From: Acidobacteriota bacterium | Lineage (GTDB): Bacteria; Acidobacteriota; UBA890; WLXD01 | NCBI GenBank assembly: GCA_965205505.1 | Contig: CBDBHB010000009.1 | Span: 704,001 to 768,000 of the forward strand | Length of the DNA: 64,000 nucleotides | Reading direction: 5' to 3' | In this document: one piece after another, positions 1 to 10,061 of the stretch | Numbering within the stretch: position 1 is the first letter of the stretch | How the letters are laid out: the number at the start of each line of letters is the position of its first letter | Made by a program: the position numbers and the translations under genes | The notes under the pieces: model-generated | What the model was told of the DNA's origin: nothing | Seen by the model: only the letters and a program-made list of their open reading frames with translations | Database searches by the model: none

Positions 1-695
1 GAACGTTGCAATAGTCACAGCCGCCGGTCGCGGCATGGGTGCTGCGATCGCGCGGCGGCTGAGCACATTGGGGTACGAGCTTGCCCTGATGTCACCCTCC
101 GGGGCCTCCGTCGATCTCGCCGAGGAACTGGGCGGGTTCGGTATGCCCGGTTCGGTCACCGAGGTCGACGACCTCACCGCGCTGGTCGAAGGGACGCTGA
201 AGAGATACGGGCGCATCGACGCGGTCGTCAACCACACGGGGCACCCTCCCAAAGGGCCGCTGCTGTCGATACCCGACGAAGACTGGCACGCCGGCCTCGA
301 CCTCGTGCTGCTCAACGTGGTTCGTATGGCCCGCCTGGTGACTCCGACCATGGTCGCTCAGGGGAGCGGGTCGATCGTTAACATCTCTACGTTTGCTGTC
401 TTCGAGCCGTCGAACGTGTTTCCGGTGTCTGCCGCGCTGCGGGCCGCCTTGGCCGGTTTCACCAAACTCTATGCGGATGAGTACGCCGCAGTGGGGCTAC
501 GTATGAACAACGTGCTCCCCGGCTACATCGACAGTCTCCCGGAGACCGAGGAGCGCCGCGCCGCCATCCCCCTTGGCCGCTACGGCACCGTGGACGAGAT
601 CGCGGCGACGGTCGCGTTCTTGCTGTCTGCAGACGCCAGCTACATCACGGGACAGAACCTGCGGGCCGACCGGAGGGCTGACCCGCTCCGTGTAG
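1..695 (+). CDS. SDR family oxidoreductase, 5'-partial; +1 frameshift near 670 before the last 7 codons
   Basis: Frame from nt 2 reads NVAIVTAAGRGMG (NAD(P)-binding TGxxxGxG variant), VNHTG, NNVLPG, YITGQNL. Removing one C at 670/671 gives the usual SDR ending ADGGLTRSV* with TAG at 693-695. Confidence 0.85.
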
Positions 696-820
696 TGCAG
701 CCACTACGGCGTTCCGGATCTCCGGCAGCAAGAAGGAGAACGCCGTAGGAAGAGCTGCCCTGGCAATGTCGCTAATGTTGGTTGTGACACTCCCCTCAGC
801 CATTCAGTCGCCAGCTTCGG

Positions 821-1059
821 GGAAGGACGGACATCTACGCGCTGGGATGCGTCGCCTACTGGTTGGTAACTGGACAGATGGTCTTTCAACGTAGCAACCC
901 GATGGCAATGGTCGTCGATCACGTCAGGACCCTCCAGCAACGCCATCGACACGCTGTGAGTTCGAGCTGCCGGCGGAGCTCGACAAGCTCATCCTCAAGT
1001 GTCTCGAAAAAGCGCCCGACGATCGGTATGCCAGTGCGTCCGAGCTGTTTGCCTGCTAG
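821..1059 (+). pseudogene. Ser/Thr (Hanks) kinase C-lobe fragment, subdomains IX-XI
   Basis: Reads GRTDIYALGCVAYWLVTGQMVF, then after a frameshift at the C3 run 930-932 reads ELDKLILKCLEKAPDDRYASASEL. No N-lobe. Ends in a CTAG shared with the convergent gene. Confidence 0.8.
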
Positions 1060-2177
1060 TCCGACGGTCGGATACTCAGCCCTGTACGGTCGGGTAGATC
1101 GAGCAGGACCCCCCACCCACCGAATCCCTCGGTGACCGCGAACCAGAGCTCGTTGTCGCCTGACTGCAGCGGCAGATAAACCGCGTCGTGCAGGCCGATG
1201 GTACCGAGGAATCGATAATCTCGGCTGCGCCACCGGTGGTCGGCCGAAAGCAGCAGCCGACCGTTCAAGTACACGTGCACCCGATCGCTGAACCCGAAAC
1301 GCGCTGGGATGGTGCGCGCCTCGTCGGCGTTGATGGTCACTGCCGCAATGACGGTGTCGCGTTCCTCGTCGATCCCCGAGAGGCGGGCCAGGTTGGCGAT
1401 GCCGCGCACGCCGGCGTGAAGCTGATGCCAGCTGCCGACGATGTCGTTGTGGCTGAGCTCGGTGCGCCACTCGAGCTTCGAGGCGGCGAACGGGGCCGAC
1501 ACGCTCCATGTCTCGATGACCGTCTCCGCCACCGGCGCAGCTTCCGCGCCACCACCGACCAAGCGTGGCGAGTCCATCTCGCGAACAGTGACGTTGGCGA
1601 AGCGTGCCGGCGCCCCGGAGGCGGTGATCGCGAAGTGCCCGGCGCGCACCTCGCGGATCAGCTGTGGAATCACGAACACCGGCTCGTCGCTGTCGAGGTA
1701 GACCTCGGCGCGGCTGCCCGCCACCACCACTTTCATGTGCATCCAGCGATCGAACACCATCTCCATGGGCGCGTTGAAGCGCGGCCCGGCGTAGATTTGC
1801 CATCCGGAGATCCCGTTGAACACCGGCGTGTACTGCGACGCGTCGGGGTTCCCCGACTGGTGCGAGCGAATATAGAAATGCTCGGAGTTGCCCTCGTCGT
1901 CGCCACGAAAAGAGATGCCGGCAAACCCCTGGGCTTTAGAAACCGCGATGTCGAGCTGGATGACGCCGTTCTTGAAGTCGCTGCCCGCGAGCACAGCGCT
2001 GCCGCGATCCAATAGCAACGCATCGCGTCCACGGAACGATTCGACACGGTGGTCGACGGCGTCGACCTCCCAGAGATTCAGATCGAACGGTTCGTTGGGG
2101 GAGCCGGCGCTCGCCGCGATCGGCGTGATCAGCAGGGTTACGGCGGCCAGCAAAGCGGTGGCCTTGGATGTCGACAT
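1056..2177 (-). CDS. Secreted protein with DUF1080/ConA-like (3-keto-disaccharide hydrolase-like) domain
   Basis: ATG at 2177 with GGAGGA RBS; signal peptide MSTSKATALLAAV...ASA; FAGISFR, WMHMKVVVAG, ARFANV motifs. Confidence 0.7.
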   Translation of the reverse strand: MSTSKATALLAAVTLLITPIAASAGSPNEPFDLNLWEVDAVDHRVESFRGRDALLLDRGSAVLAGSDFKNGVIQLDIAVSKAQGFAGISFRGDDEGNSEHFYIRSHQSGNPDASQYTPVFNGISGWQIYAGPRFNAPMEMVFDRWMHMKVVVAGSRAEVYLDSDEPVFVIPQLIREVRAGHFAITASGAPARFANVTVREMDSPRLVGGGAEAAPVAETVIETWSVSAPFAASKLEWRTELSHNDIVGSWHQLHAGVRGIANLARLSGIDEERDTVIAAVTINADEARTIPARFGFSDRVHVYLNGRLLLSADHRWRSRDYRFLGTIGLHDAVYLPLQSGDNELWFAVTEGFGGWGVLLDLPDRTGLSIRPSD

Positions 2178-2277
2178 GCGTTCCTCCGAAGTTGTCACGG
2201 TGCAACGGTGCGCCGATCGTCGATGGAAGGTAGGGATGGCGCGGATGGAAGTCAGGACTGGCGCGCCTGTCAGAGAA

Positions 2278-3168
2278 TCAGCCGGGGAAGGACGCTGTCT
2301 TGAACGATTCGGACACCGGGGTGACCGTTGGCTCGAGCGCTGCGGGCGACGGATCGCGCCGCCGCTCGGCGTGGAGGCGGCCGGGAGGTAGGCCGCTGAG
2401 GCTGCGCACTTCGCGCGTCAGATGCGATTGGTCGGCGAAGCCGTGCAGCGCCGCCAGGTCGCTCCACAGGGGTCGATCGGTAGCATCGGCGTCGCGCAAC
2501 ACGCCGCGAAAGCGTTCGAGACGAGCGTAGGCGCGTGGCGCCAGCCCGGTTGATTCTGCCACTACACGGCGGAAGTGCCGGGGCGTGATTCCCAACCCCT
2601 CGGCCACCTGTTGCAACCGATCCGGTCGCCGTGATCGCCGCACTTGTTGCAGGCCACGGTGCGCCAGGAGGCTGGCTCCGTCGGGCATGTGACGGCGAGC
2701 CTGTTCGCCGACGAAGTCGAACAAGCAAGCGAGGCTTTCTTCCGGCGATCGCGTTGAGCGCAACAACTCCAGCAATGTCCGGCCACGGTCGGGCTGCACC
2801 ACCGCGTAGTCGTCGAGCGCGTCGGTATGCTCGCGCGGGTCGACACCGAGGATTGCCCGCGACCATTCGGGGTGCACCCGTACCGCCTCCATGCGGCGCG
2901 CGGGAGCCGGCAGGTAGGCGCGTGACTGGCGCACCGGGCCGATGAGCAGTATCTCGGGATCTTCCGCGCTGCCCTGCTCGCTACGTCGGCAAGCGAAGCA
3001 AAGGCTCACGGCTGGTTCCGGGGCGACGAGGTATCCGGGATACGCGTCGACCTGCTGTGACGGTGCACGATGCACCCACGCCACGTCGATAACGCGCGCC
3101 AGGCCCGCCGGCGGTGCCAGCTCCCGGTAGGCGCCGATCTGATGCACGGTTCCGCAGATGTTGCTCAA
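2278..3168 (-). CDS. AraC family transcriptional regulator (DUF6597-type N-terminus)
   Basis: C-terminal double HTH (VAEGLGITPRHFRR...WSDLAALHGFADQSHLTREVR); YRELAPP N-terminus. Exact start uncertain. Confidence 0.85.
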   Translation of the reverse strand: MSNICGTVHQIGAYRELAPPAGLARVIDVAWVHRAPSQQVDAYPGYLVAPEPAVSLCFACRRSEQGSAEDPEILLIGPVRQSRAYLPAPARRMEAVRVHPEWSRAILGVDPREHTDALDDYAVVQPDRGRTLLELLRSTRSPEESLACLFDFVGEQARRHMPDGASLLAHRGLQQVRRSRRPDRLQQVAEGLGITPRHFRRVVAESTGLAPRAYARLERFRGVLRDADATDRPLWSDLAALHGFADQSHLTREVRSLSGLPPGRLHAERRRDPSPAALEPTVTPVSESFKTASFPG

Positions 3169-3238
3169 GGTCTCTGCGCGTCAGCGTCGGGGAGCGCGAC
3201 CTGGTTAGTACAGTATGCCCTAACCGGCGATTGCTCCC

Positions 3239-3355
3239 TTCACAGAGCTCGGCCAGCGCCCGACGCGACCCGACGTCGCCGGCTCCGGCGGCCGCGATGA
3301 GGGTCCATCGGGTCGTCTGGAAGCGAGCGTCCGCCTCCTTGTTGCGGTTACTCAC
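3239..3355 (-). pseudogene. N-terminal stub of an ECF-type sigma factor
   Basis: 39 codons VSNRNKEADARFQTTRWTLIAAAGAGDVGSRRALAELCE match the FxTTRWxxI...AL..LC start of Planctomycete/Acidobacteria-type ECF sigmas. The expected YW.PLY continuation is absent. Confidence 0.6.
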
Positions 3356-3514
3356 GGTGCCGGTCGGCTGCCTATCTGTATTGGCTTCCCACGCACCGAC
3401 TGTATGCAGCGGTCGGCCGTGACCGCAACGGACCGGGCTTGTTTGAATGCCGATCCAGCGCCACAATCCGGCCGGAACTGAGAATCTTCGGTGGCTTCCA
3501 CATAGAGGTATGTT

Positions 3515-5959
3515 TTGCTCTCGACCCGCATCCGCACATCGCCTTTGCTGCTCCTGTTTGTTGTTGCCGTGCCTGCGTGCGCTGGAGGCGGCGCCGACGA
3601 GCCGAGCTCGGTGCGGCTGGTCGATGTTTTCGAGCGGGCAGTGGTCACCGGCACCCCGATGATTCCGCCCCCCGAGCCGGTAGTGTGGGATTTCGGTGCC
3701 GGCAGCGTACCGGGAGGCGGTGAGGCGGGTGTGCTGCTGGGCGCTCGCGCCATGCAGCAGATCGAAGGCTTGGCACTTCGCGACGGCGCACTCGTGGGGC
3801 GCACAACCGGCGAGCTGGGCTTCATTCACATCCCGGTGCCGAGCGACGCGCGGCTCGAAGGAGCGTTCCACGCCGCCGAGATCCGCCTTCGCGTGTCCGC
3901 AGGCACCACCTCCGGCTTCGACTTCGTCTTCGCCCCCGAGATCGACGACGATGAGGTGCTGCACGCCGCGGAGCAGAACCGCACGCTAGCGGTGATGGCC
4001 GATACGACTCCTGGCGACGAGGTCGAGACCCTGACCCTCAGCCGCGGCATGGCCAACTTCATGGGCACGGTGTCGATGGGGGCGATCCACCACCTCGCAG
4101 TGCGGCCGAGCGACGTGGCCGACGCCGAGTTCGCCATCGAGTCGATCCGGCTGATCTCACGTCGCGAGCACCTGAGCATCATCCCCTCCGGTATCTCCTG
4201 GCGGGGACTCGGGGAGATCTACCGCGAGACCATCGTGTCGCGGGCACCCGAGACCATCCGGATCAACGTCGACGTTCCTACCCGACCGTGGCTGGAGCTA
4301 AACCTCGGCACCATCGAGGACGGTCCGGTAACCTTCGTCGTCTCGGCCGGCGACGACACCCTGCTGCGACGCACGGTCAGCACGCCAGACCGATGGGAGA
4401 GCGTGCCGGTCGATCTGCAGCCCTACGCGGGACAAAGTGTCGAGCTGACGCTCGGCACCGTCGCCAATGCCGACGGAGCGATTGCCTACTGGGGCACGCC
4501 CGTGGTTCGGCAACGCGGCGATCGGGCCCGGGTGGCGGCTGCGAGCGCGGCCCGCAGCGAGCTGATCGGCGACGCCGACCCACCGCGCGGTGTGATCCTG
4601 ATCCTCGCCGACACGTTGCGCCGCGACCGGCTTCCCTGGTACGGCGGGTCCCGCGACAACGCGCCCAACCTGGCGGCACTGGCGGACACCGGTACGGTCT
4701 TCACCAGCACCGTCTCCCAGGGCGCCTGGACCAAGGTCTCGGTGCCATCGATCTTGACGTCTCTATACCCCAGCACGCACGGCATTACCGACATCATCCA
4801 CCGGCTGCCGGCCTCGGTGACGACGCTCGAGGAGGTCTATCAGGCGGCCGGTTACGCGACGTTCCACACCTCGTCCGTACCGTTCACCGGCCAGCTCACC
4901 AACCTTCATCAGGGAGTGGAGGTGCTCCACGAGTCGTCGTCGGTCGGAGATCTAGGCCACTCGACAGCGAAGACGGCGCGCACCTATACCGACCGCCTGC
5001 TCGACTGGATCGACCTGCACCACGAGTCGCCCTTCTTCGTGTTCCTGCACGTATTCGATCCGCATAGCCCGTTCGAGCCGTATGCGCCGTACGACACGCT
5101 TTACACCGACGACGGTGAGGGCGAGGCGCAGCGGGAGCGGATGGAGACGGTTCAGGAACACATCACCGACGACCACATGCGCGACGACGCCATGCCCACC
5201 ACCGCCCAGCTGGCGGCGGCGGGAGTCGACCGCGACGCCTTCGTCGACACTGAGCTCGACTGGTACGACGCCTCGATCAAGGCGATGGACGTGGAGGTCG
5301 GCCGGCTATTGCAGCGGCTGGAGGGTCTCGGGGTGGCCGACGACACCGTGATCGTCTTCATGAGTGATCACGGCGAGGCGTTCCTGGAGCACGACAAGCA
5401 CTTCCACGGCTGGGATGCCTATGGCGAGATGCTCAACGTGCCGCTGATGTTCTCGTGGCCCGGCCGCATCCCGGCGGCGCGCGACGACACCGTGGTCGAA
5501 ACGATCAGCGTCTATCCGACGCTGCTCGAGTTCAGCCGCCTGGCAGTGCCCGAGCAGGCACAGGGGCAGAGCCTGTTGCCGCTCATGGCCCGTCCCGAGG
5601 CACCGACGGGGCTCGGCTGGGTACCTCGTCCGGCGTTCGCCGAACGCGCCTCGATCGACAGCGACGAGCCCCTAGACGACGAGGTCGAGCAGTTGGTGAT
5701 CGTGGCCGACGGCTGGAAGCTGGTGCACAACACGACGCGCCCCGACGGCAAGGCCGAGTTCGAGCTGTTCGACTACGTCAACGACCCGTTCGACCAGATC
5801 GACGTCGGTGCAGACAATCCGGAGATCGTCGCGCAGCTGTCGGAAGAGCTGGCAACGTGGCACGAGGGCGTGGTGGCAAACCGAATCGAACCCGACAGCG
5901 GCGAAGGGCTGACAGAAGCCGAGCGCGCCCGGCTGCGGGCCCTCGGGTACATTCAGTAG
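3515..5959 (+). CDS. Secreted sulfatase-like hydrolase (alkaline phosphatase superfamily) with long N-terminal domain
   Basis: Signal peptide; DTLRRD, WTKVSVPSILTS, DPHSP, SDHGE motifs; C-terminal LRALGYIQ. Confidence 0.85.
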   Translation: MLSTRIRTSPLLLLFVVAVPACAGGGADEPSSVRLVDVFERAVVTGTPMIPPPEPVVWDFGAGSVPGGGEAGVLLGARAMQQIEGLALRDGALVGRTTGELGFIHIPVPSDARLEGAFHAAEIRLRVSAGTTSGFDFVFAPEIDDDEVLHAAEQNRTLAVMADTTPGDEVETLTLSRGMANFMGTVSMGAIHHLAVRPSDVADAEFAIESIRLISRREHLSIIPSGISWRGLGEIYRETIVSRAPETIRINVDVPTRPWLELNLGTIEDGPVTFVVSAGDDTLLRRTVSTPDRWESVPVDLQPYAGQSVELTLGTVANADGAIAYWGTPVVRQRGDRARVAAASAARSELIGDADPPRGVILILADTLRRDRLPWYGGSRDNAPNLAALADTGTVFTSTVSQGAWTKVSVPSILTSLYPSTHGITDIIHRLPASVTTLEEVYQAAGYATFHTSSVPFTGQLTNLHQGVEVLHESSSVGDLGHSTAKTARTYTDRLLDWIDLHHESPFFVFLHVFDPHSPFEPYAPYDTLYTDDGEGEAQRERMETVQEHITDDHMRDDAMPTTAQLAAAGVDRDAFVDTELDWYDASIKAMDVEVGRLLQRLEGLGVADDTVIVFMSDHGEAFLEHDKHFHGWDAYGEMLNVPLMFSWPGRIPAARDDTVVETISVYPTLLEFSRLAVPEQAQGQSLLPLMARPEAPTGLGWVPRPAFAERASIDSDEPLDDEVEQLVIVADGWKLVHNTTRPDGKAEFELFDYVNDPFDQIDVGADNPEIVAQLSEELATWHEGVVANRIEPDSGEGLTEAERARLRALGYIQ

Positions 5960-6059
5960 CGCCCACGCGCTAGCCTGATACCCCCACGCGCCGTGCACAC
6001 GGCCGAATGAATGCAGCATTATGTACACGTCGATCCCTTTCCTCCGCAACGAGAGCATC

Positions 6060-6521
6060 ATGACCGACGTCACCACCGAAGAAACTCAGACCACTCTGCG
6101 CTCGGGTTCTGGCCACGACATCACGCCGCTGAGCGCCGAGCGCATCGCCGAGCTCGCTGAGAAACTCACCGACGAGGAGCGCCGGGTGCTGCTGCACGCC
6201 GGCACCGAGGCCCCCTTCTGCGGTGGGCTGCTCGACAACAAGGAGACCGGCGTCTATGAGTGTCGGCTCTGTGGCCTGCCGTTGTATCGCTCGACCACCA
6301 AGTTCGACTCCGGCACTGGGTGGCCGAGCTTCAACGACCCCATCGACCCCGACCATGTCACCGAACACGCCGACCATAGCGGCGGCGGGATTCGCACCGA
6401 AATCCGTTGCGCCCGCTGCTCGGGTCATCTGGGGCATGTGTTCGACGACGGTCCGCCGCCCACGGGCAGGCGGCACTGCTTGAACTCGGAGTCGATGGAG
6501 TTCGTGCCAGACGACGCCTAG
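6060..6521 (+). CDS. msrB: Peptide-methionine (R)-S-oxide reductase
   Basis: GTEAPF, CxxC twice, KFDSGTGWPSF, HLGHVFDDGP, RHCLNS. Confidence 0.95.
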   Translation: MTDVTTEETQTTLRSGSGHDITPLSAERIAELAEKLTDEERRVLLHAGTEAPFCGGLLDNKETGVYECRLCGLPLYRSTTKFDSGTGWPSFNDPIDPDHVTEHADHSGGGIRTEIRCARCSGHLGHVFDDGPPPTGRRHCLNSESMEFVPDDA

Positions 6522-6813
6522 CAGGCTAGCAAGCCGTGGATCGTTGCCCGTCCCGAGACACGGACTACATGACCGACACCACCAGTACTGCTACTCCTGC
6601 TATACGACACTCCTCCCTGGGGTCCCCAGTTCTGGGGGGTCGGGGGGTGGTCGCCGGTCTCAGTCTGACCACACGATTCGAAGGTTCAAGTATCCCCGTC
6701 GAGCTTCACGGGGCCTGGAATGAACAGCCGCAAGACGTCTGTTGTCGGTCGAGAGCCCCTTGTCGGCTATAAGCAAGCTCGCCGTGAAGAGTGCACCGAC
6801 GAATGGGGGGGGT

Positions 6814-6899
6814 CCGCCTGAGGCCTGGCCTGGAGACCATGGCCTCGGAACCGCGCCCAGATTTGCGAGCGCTTGGTTCCGGGCGGAGCGGAGCCGAGT
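6814..6899. repeat. Copy 1 of a degenerate intergenic direct repeat
   Basis: Shares the blocks ccgcctgagg-ctgg-ctggagaccatggc, aaccgcgcccagatt, gagcgctt and ggcggagcggagccgagt with 8270-8369. Confidence 0.85.
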
Positions 6900-7015
6900 C
6901 CCACAACGTCGCTTCGGGTGCAGGCGGCCGATAGCCCAACGAGCTATGCGACCGTACCTGGTTGTACTGGCGGCGTGCGGCAGCCGGCGCCCTGTCTGAG
7001 GCGCGGTCTTGAGCG

Positions 7016-7942
7016 CTATTTGCTTCCTGGAGCCTGGGTGAACGCTCCGTCTTCGAGGATGAGGTCAGGGGTATGCGGCTCGTTGATCCAAGGAACGGGA
7101 GGCTTCGGGCCCTTCTTTTTGTCGGAGCCTTCCGACGTCAACTCATACGACGCTTTCTCTTCCTTCTTCTTTTTCTTTTTCTTTTTCTTGAGCTTGTACT
7201 TCCAGGCGTTACCCCAGCCGTCGGTGTCGGGGATCTCCTGCATGTACCCTCGGGTTACAAGGTCAGACAGTGCTGACGCATAGCTACGGGTGTCGAGTTT
7301 CACCATTTCGTTGGCCTGGGCGATGCCGCGCATATCGGCCATCGTGCTGCGCTGGCGTGCGCTGTCGAGAGCGTTCTGCAATCGAGGCACGGCCATGGCG
7401 GCGATCACGCCAATGATCGCCACTACAACCAGCAGGTCGATGAGCGAGAATCCGTCCGTACCGGCCTTTTGCGGAGCTTGCTGTGACACGCTTCCGTGGC
7501 GGGCCTTCAGGGTCTGCGAGAGCTCGTTCAGGCCGCCGGCGACCTCCACGAGCTCGTCCCCGGCGCGCAGTTGCAAACGCGCTCCGTAGTCACCCTCGGT
7601 GAGCTTGCGGATGTGCCGGTTGATGGGCACCAGCGGTCCGATGAAGCGGTGGAGAAAGACCGCCGAAAACACCAGCGCAACGATGCCGAAGATCGGTAGT
7701 AACCAGACCATTCGCAACAGCTCGGCGCGGAGGGCAAAGCCGATAATCGGATCGAGCGTCGCAGGGCGGGTGCCCGCTTCGTTGAGGATAAGTCCAATGA
7801 GACGGCGGGTGGACAGGTAGGAGAGTAGCTGAATGAGTCCGGTCCCGATCGAGATGAGGAAGAAAATCGCCAGCGCGTAACGGAATTGCAGTCGTGGGCG
7901 AAGCAGGTAGTTGCGCAGTCGTCGTCTATTATCTCTGCCCAT
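7016..7942 (-). CDS. Fusion: 2 TM + HAMP domain + type II/IV prepilin (GspG-like) domain with poly-Lys insert
   Basis: HAMP-like GPLVPINRHIRKLTEGDY...LRAGDELVEVAGGLNEL; then G|FSLIDLLVVVAIIGVIAAMAVP, ARQRSTMADMR, DGWG. Confidence 0.8.
   Translation of the reverse strand: MGRDNRRRLRNYLLRPRLQFRYALAIFFLISIGTGLIQLLSYLSTRRLIGLILNEAGTRPATLDPIIGFALRAELLRMVWLLPIFGIVALVFSAVFLHRFIGPLVPINRHIRKLTEGDYGARLQLRAGDELVEVAGGLNELSQTLKARHGSVSQQAPQKAGTDGFSLIDLLVVVAIIGVIAAMAVPRLQNALDSARQRSTMADMRGIAQANEMVKLDTRSYASALSDLVTRGYMQEIPDTDGWGNAWKYKLKKKKKKKKKEEKASYELTSEGSDKKKGPKPPVPWINEPHTPDLILEDGAFTQAPGSK
7163..7189 (-). repeat. In-frame (AAGAAA)3+AAG simple repeat encoding 9 consecutive Lys
   Basis: Plus strand cttcttctttttctttttctttttctt. 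Confidence 0.9.
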
Positions 7943-8269
7943 CGTACCCTCCTAGGTACCAGTACCAATAAGTGTTGACCACTTGGTAGCCCAATCAGAA
8001 GACAAAACTTACCCCCGGCTGTTTTTGTCTGTTCCTGGCCGTCAGACATGCGCTGGCCACGGTCGAAGATACGGAGGGTTACAGAAGCCTATTCAGTTGT
8101 GGATATAGGTTGAGTAGCCCAACGGTCACTATTTCCAACACCACGCGGAGTACGTGGCGTGGCTCGCGAGAGCAGGGTAGGGCGGTCAAGCCAGCGCACC
8201 ATACTCGCAGGCCAAACGCGCCCGGATACAAGCCAAGCTGGCGAGCGATACGGACGGAAGCCAATGAGG

Positions 8270-8369
8270 CCGCCTGAGGGCTGGTCTGGAGACCATGGCT
8301 GCGGTTCGAACCGCGCCCAGATTCGGGAGCGCTTCGTCCGGGGCAGAAGTCGGCGGAGCGGAGCCGAGT
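8270..8369. repeat. Copy 2 of the degenerate intergenic direct repeat
   Basis: Same blocks as 6814-6899, with two small insertions. Confidence 0.85.
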
Positions 8370-8417
8370 GCCTACGTGGCCGGGGAGTTAACGTGGCGTT
8401 CAGACAGACCGCTTCCG

Positions 8418-8446
8418 TTGGATCTCGCACGCTCCAGCGATAGGCT
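8418..8446 (+). promoter_or_regulatory. Putative sigma70 promoter TTGGAT-N17-TAGGCT (copy 1)
   Basis: Exact 17-nt spacing, 33 nt before the kinase ATG; near-identical copy at 24382-24410. Confidence 0.6.
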
Positions 8447-8479
8447 TCATGCGCTCGCCCACCTCTCTGCGGAAACGCC

Positions 8480-8659
8480 ATGGAACCCGGTAGGAAACTA
8501 GGCCCCTACGAGATCACCGAACAGCTCGGTGCTGGCGGCATGGGAGAGGTGTACCGAGCCATGGACACTAAGCTAAAGCGAGAGGTGGCGCTGAAGCTCC
8601 TGCCTGAAGATCTGACAGATGACAGCAAGCACGTTGCAAGGCTACTGAATGTAGCCTAG
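8480..8659 (+). pseudogene. Ser/Thr kinase N-lobe stub (59 codons)
   Basis: [42 protein letters not shown]...HVAR. Kinase similarity stops at 8641, where the convergent sulfatase stop begins. Confidence 0.9.
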
Positions 8660-9955
8660 CGCGCGCAGCTGCCGCTCCAGCTCGGGCGACAGCTCCACCG
8701 CGTCGCCGGCGCGGTCGCGGCGGATCTCGCGCATCTGTCGCTGCAGCCGTCGCGCCGTTCGCGTCAGCTGTGCGTTATCGGGATCCCTGAGCGCGTCGAG
8801 CTCGCCCGGGTCGGTGCTGAGGTCGTAGATCGCCGGCGAGCGGGCGGTGCGGTTGACCACCATCTTGTAGGGCCACTCCACGATCGCCTCGAGCTCGATG
8901 CCGTAGTAGTTGCTGCGAGCGTAGATCGGCCGTGCCGGTGGCGCTCCGCCGGCCAAGTAGGGCACCAGGGATCCGCCCGAGACCTGCGGCACCTCCAGTT
9001 GTGCCAGATCGAGCAACGTCGGGACGATATCCACGGTCGACACCGGCTCCTGGTGGCGTGCGGCTGGCACTCCAGGGCCCCAGAGAACCAGCGGCACACG
9101 CATCACCTCGTCGTGAAGGGACATACCGTGACCCTTGCGGACGTGCTCGCCTGGGAACGCCTCGCCGTGGTCGGCGGTGAGTGCCACCCAGGTGGTGTCG
9201 TGCAAGTTGCGCTCGCGCAGTGACTCGAACAGCCGTCCGATCTGCGCGTCGACCCAGAGGATCTCCTCGTCGTAAGCCGCCTTGATGAACTCCACGTCCG
9301 CTGCCTGTTCCGCTGCCTCGCGACTCTCGATGGTGGCGAGGGTGTCGCCGTAGCGATCGGCGAAGGCGTCGGTGAACACCCCGCGCGCTGGCTCAGGAGC
9401 GTTGAACTGATGGTGTACGTCGAACAGGTGCAGCAGGAGGAAGAATGGCCGCGACGTGTCGCGTCCGTCGAGCCACTCCAGGCTGGCGTCGAGACTCTCG
9501 TCGGCGCGGCGCAGCTCGATCGCCGTCGCTTGTTTCAGGTCGTAATGGTCGAACCCCGTGGCCATGCCGAATATTGGATCGAGGAAGGAGACGTTCACCA
9601 CAGCGCCGGTCTCGTATCCCGCTCCCGATAGGTACTGGGGCAGGGTGATGACCCCTTCGCGCAGCCGCCGATGAGCTGATGTGCCGGCCCCGTGGGCGTT
9701 TGGGTACAGCCCGGTGAGAATGCTGGCCATCCCCGGCAGCGTCCACGATGAGGCCGAGTAGGCGTGCTCGAATACGCTGCCGCTCGTCGACAGCTCGTCG
9801 ATGCGCGGTGTCGTTTCCCGCTCGTACCCGTACAGGCTCATGTGGTCGGCGCGCAGGGTGTCGATGACCACGAGCACGATGCCGCCGGGTGGTTCTGCAG
9901 CGCAGCCGACGGTTGCCAGCAGCAGGCAGCACAGCAGGCTCAGGGCGTGTCGCAT
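8642..9955 (-). CDS. Lipoprotein sulfatase-like hydrolase
   Basis: Lipobox-like TVGC; [27 protein letters not shown]; C-terminal LRALGYIQ. Confidence 0.88.
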   Translation of the reverse strand: MRHALSLLCCLLLATVGCAAEPPGGIVLVVIDTLRADHMSLYGYERETTPRIDELSTSGSVFEHAYSASSWTLPGMASILTGLYPNAHGAGTSAHRRLREGVITLPQYLSGAGYETGAVVNVSFLDPIFGMATGFDHYDLKQATAIELRRADESLDASLEWLDGRDTSRPFFLLLHLFDVHHQFNAPEPARGVFTDAFADRYGDTLATIESREAAEQAADVEFIKAAYDEEILWVDAQIGRLFESLRERNLHDTTWVALTADHGEAFPGEHVRKGHGMSLHDEVMRVPLVLWGPGVPAARHQEPVSTVDIVPTLLDLAQLEVPQVSGGSLVPYLAGGAPPARPIYARSNYYGIELEAIVEWPYKMVVNRTARSPAIYDLSTDPGELDALRDPDNAQLTRTARRLQRQMREIRRDRAGDAVELSPELERQLRALGYIQ

Positions 9956-10061
9956 TCCGGACTCGATCGCATCGGAGGCGCGCTCGTCGCAGGCGGATCC
10001 CCGCGCCAGGAACCATGAGTGTACCGCCCGCCCCGCATGGCGCTGGCAACAGCGGTGCCGG

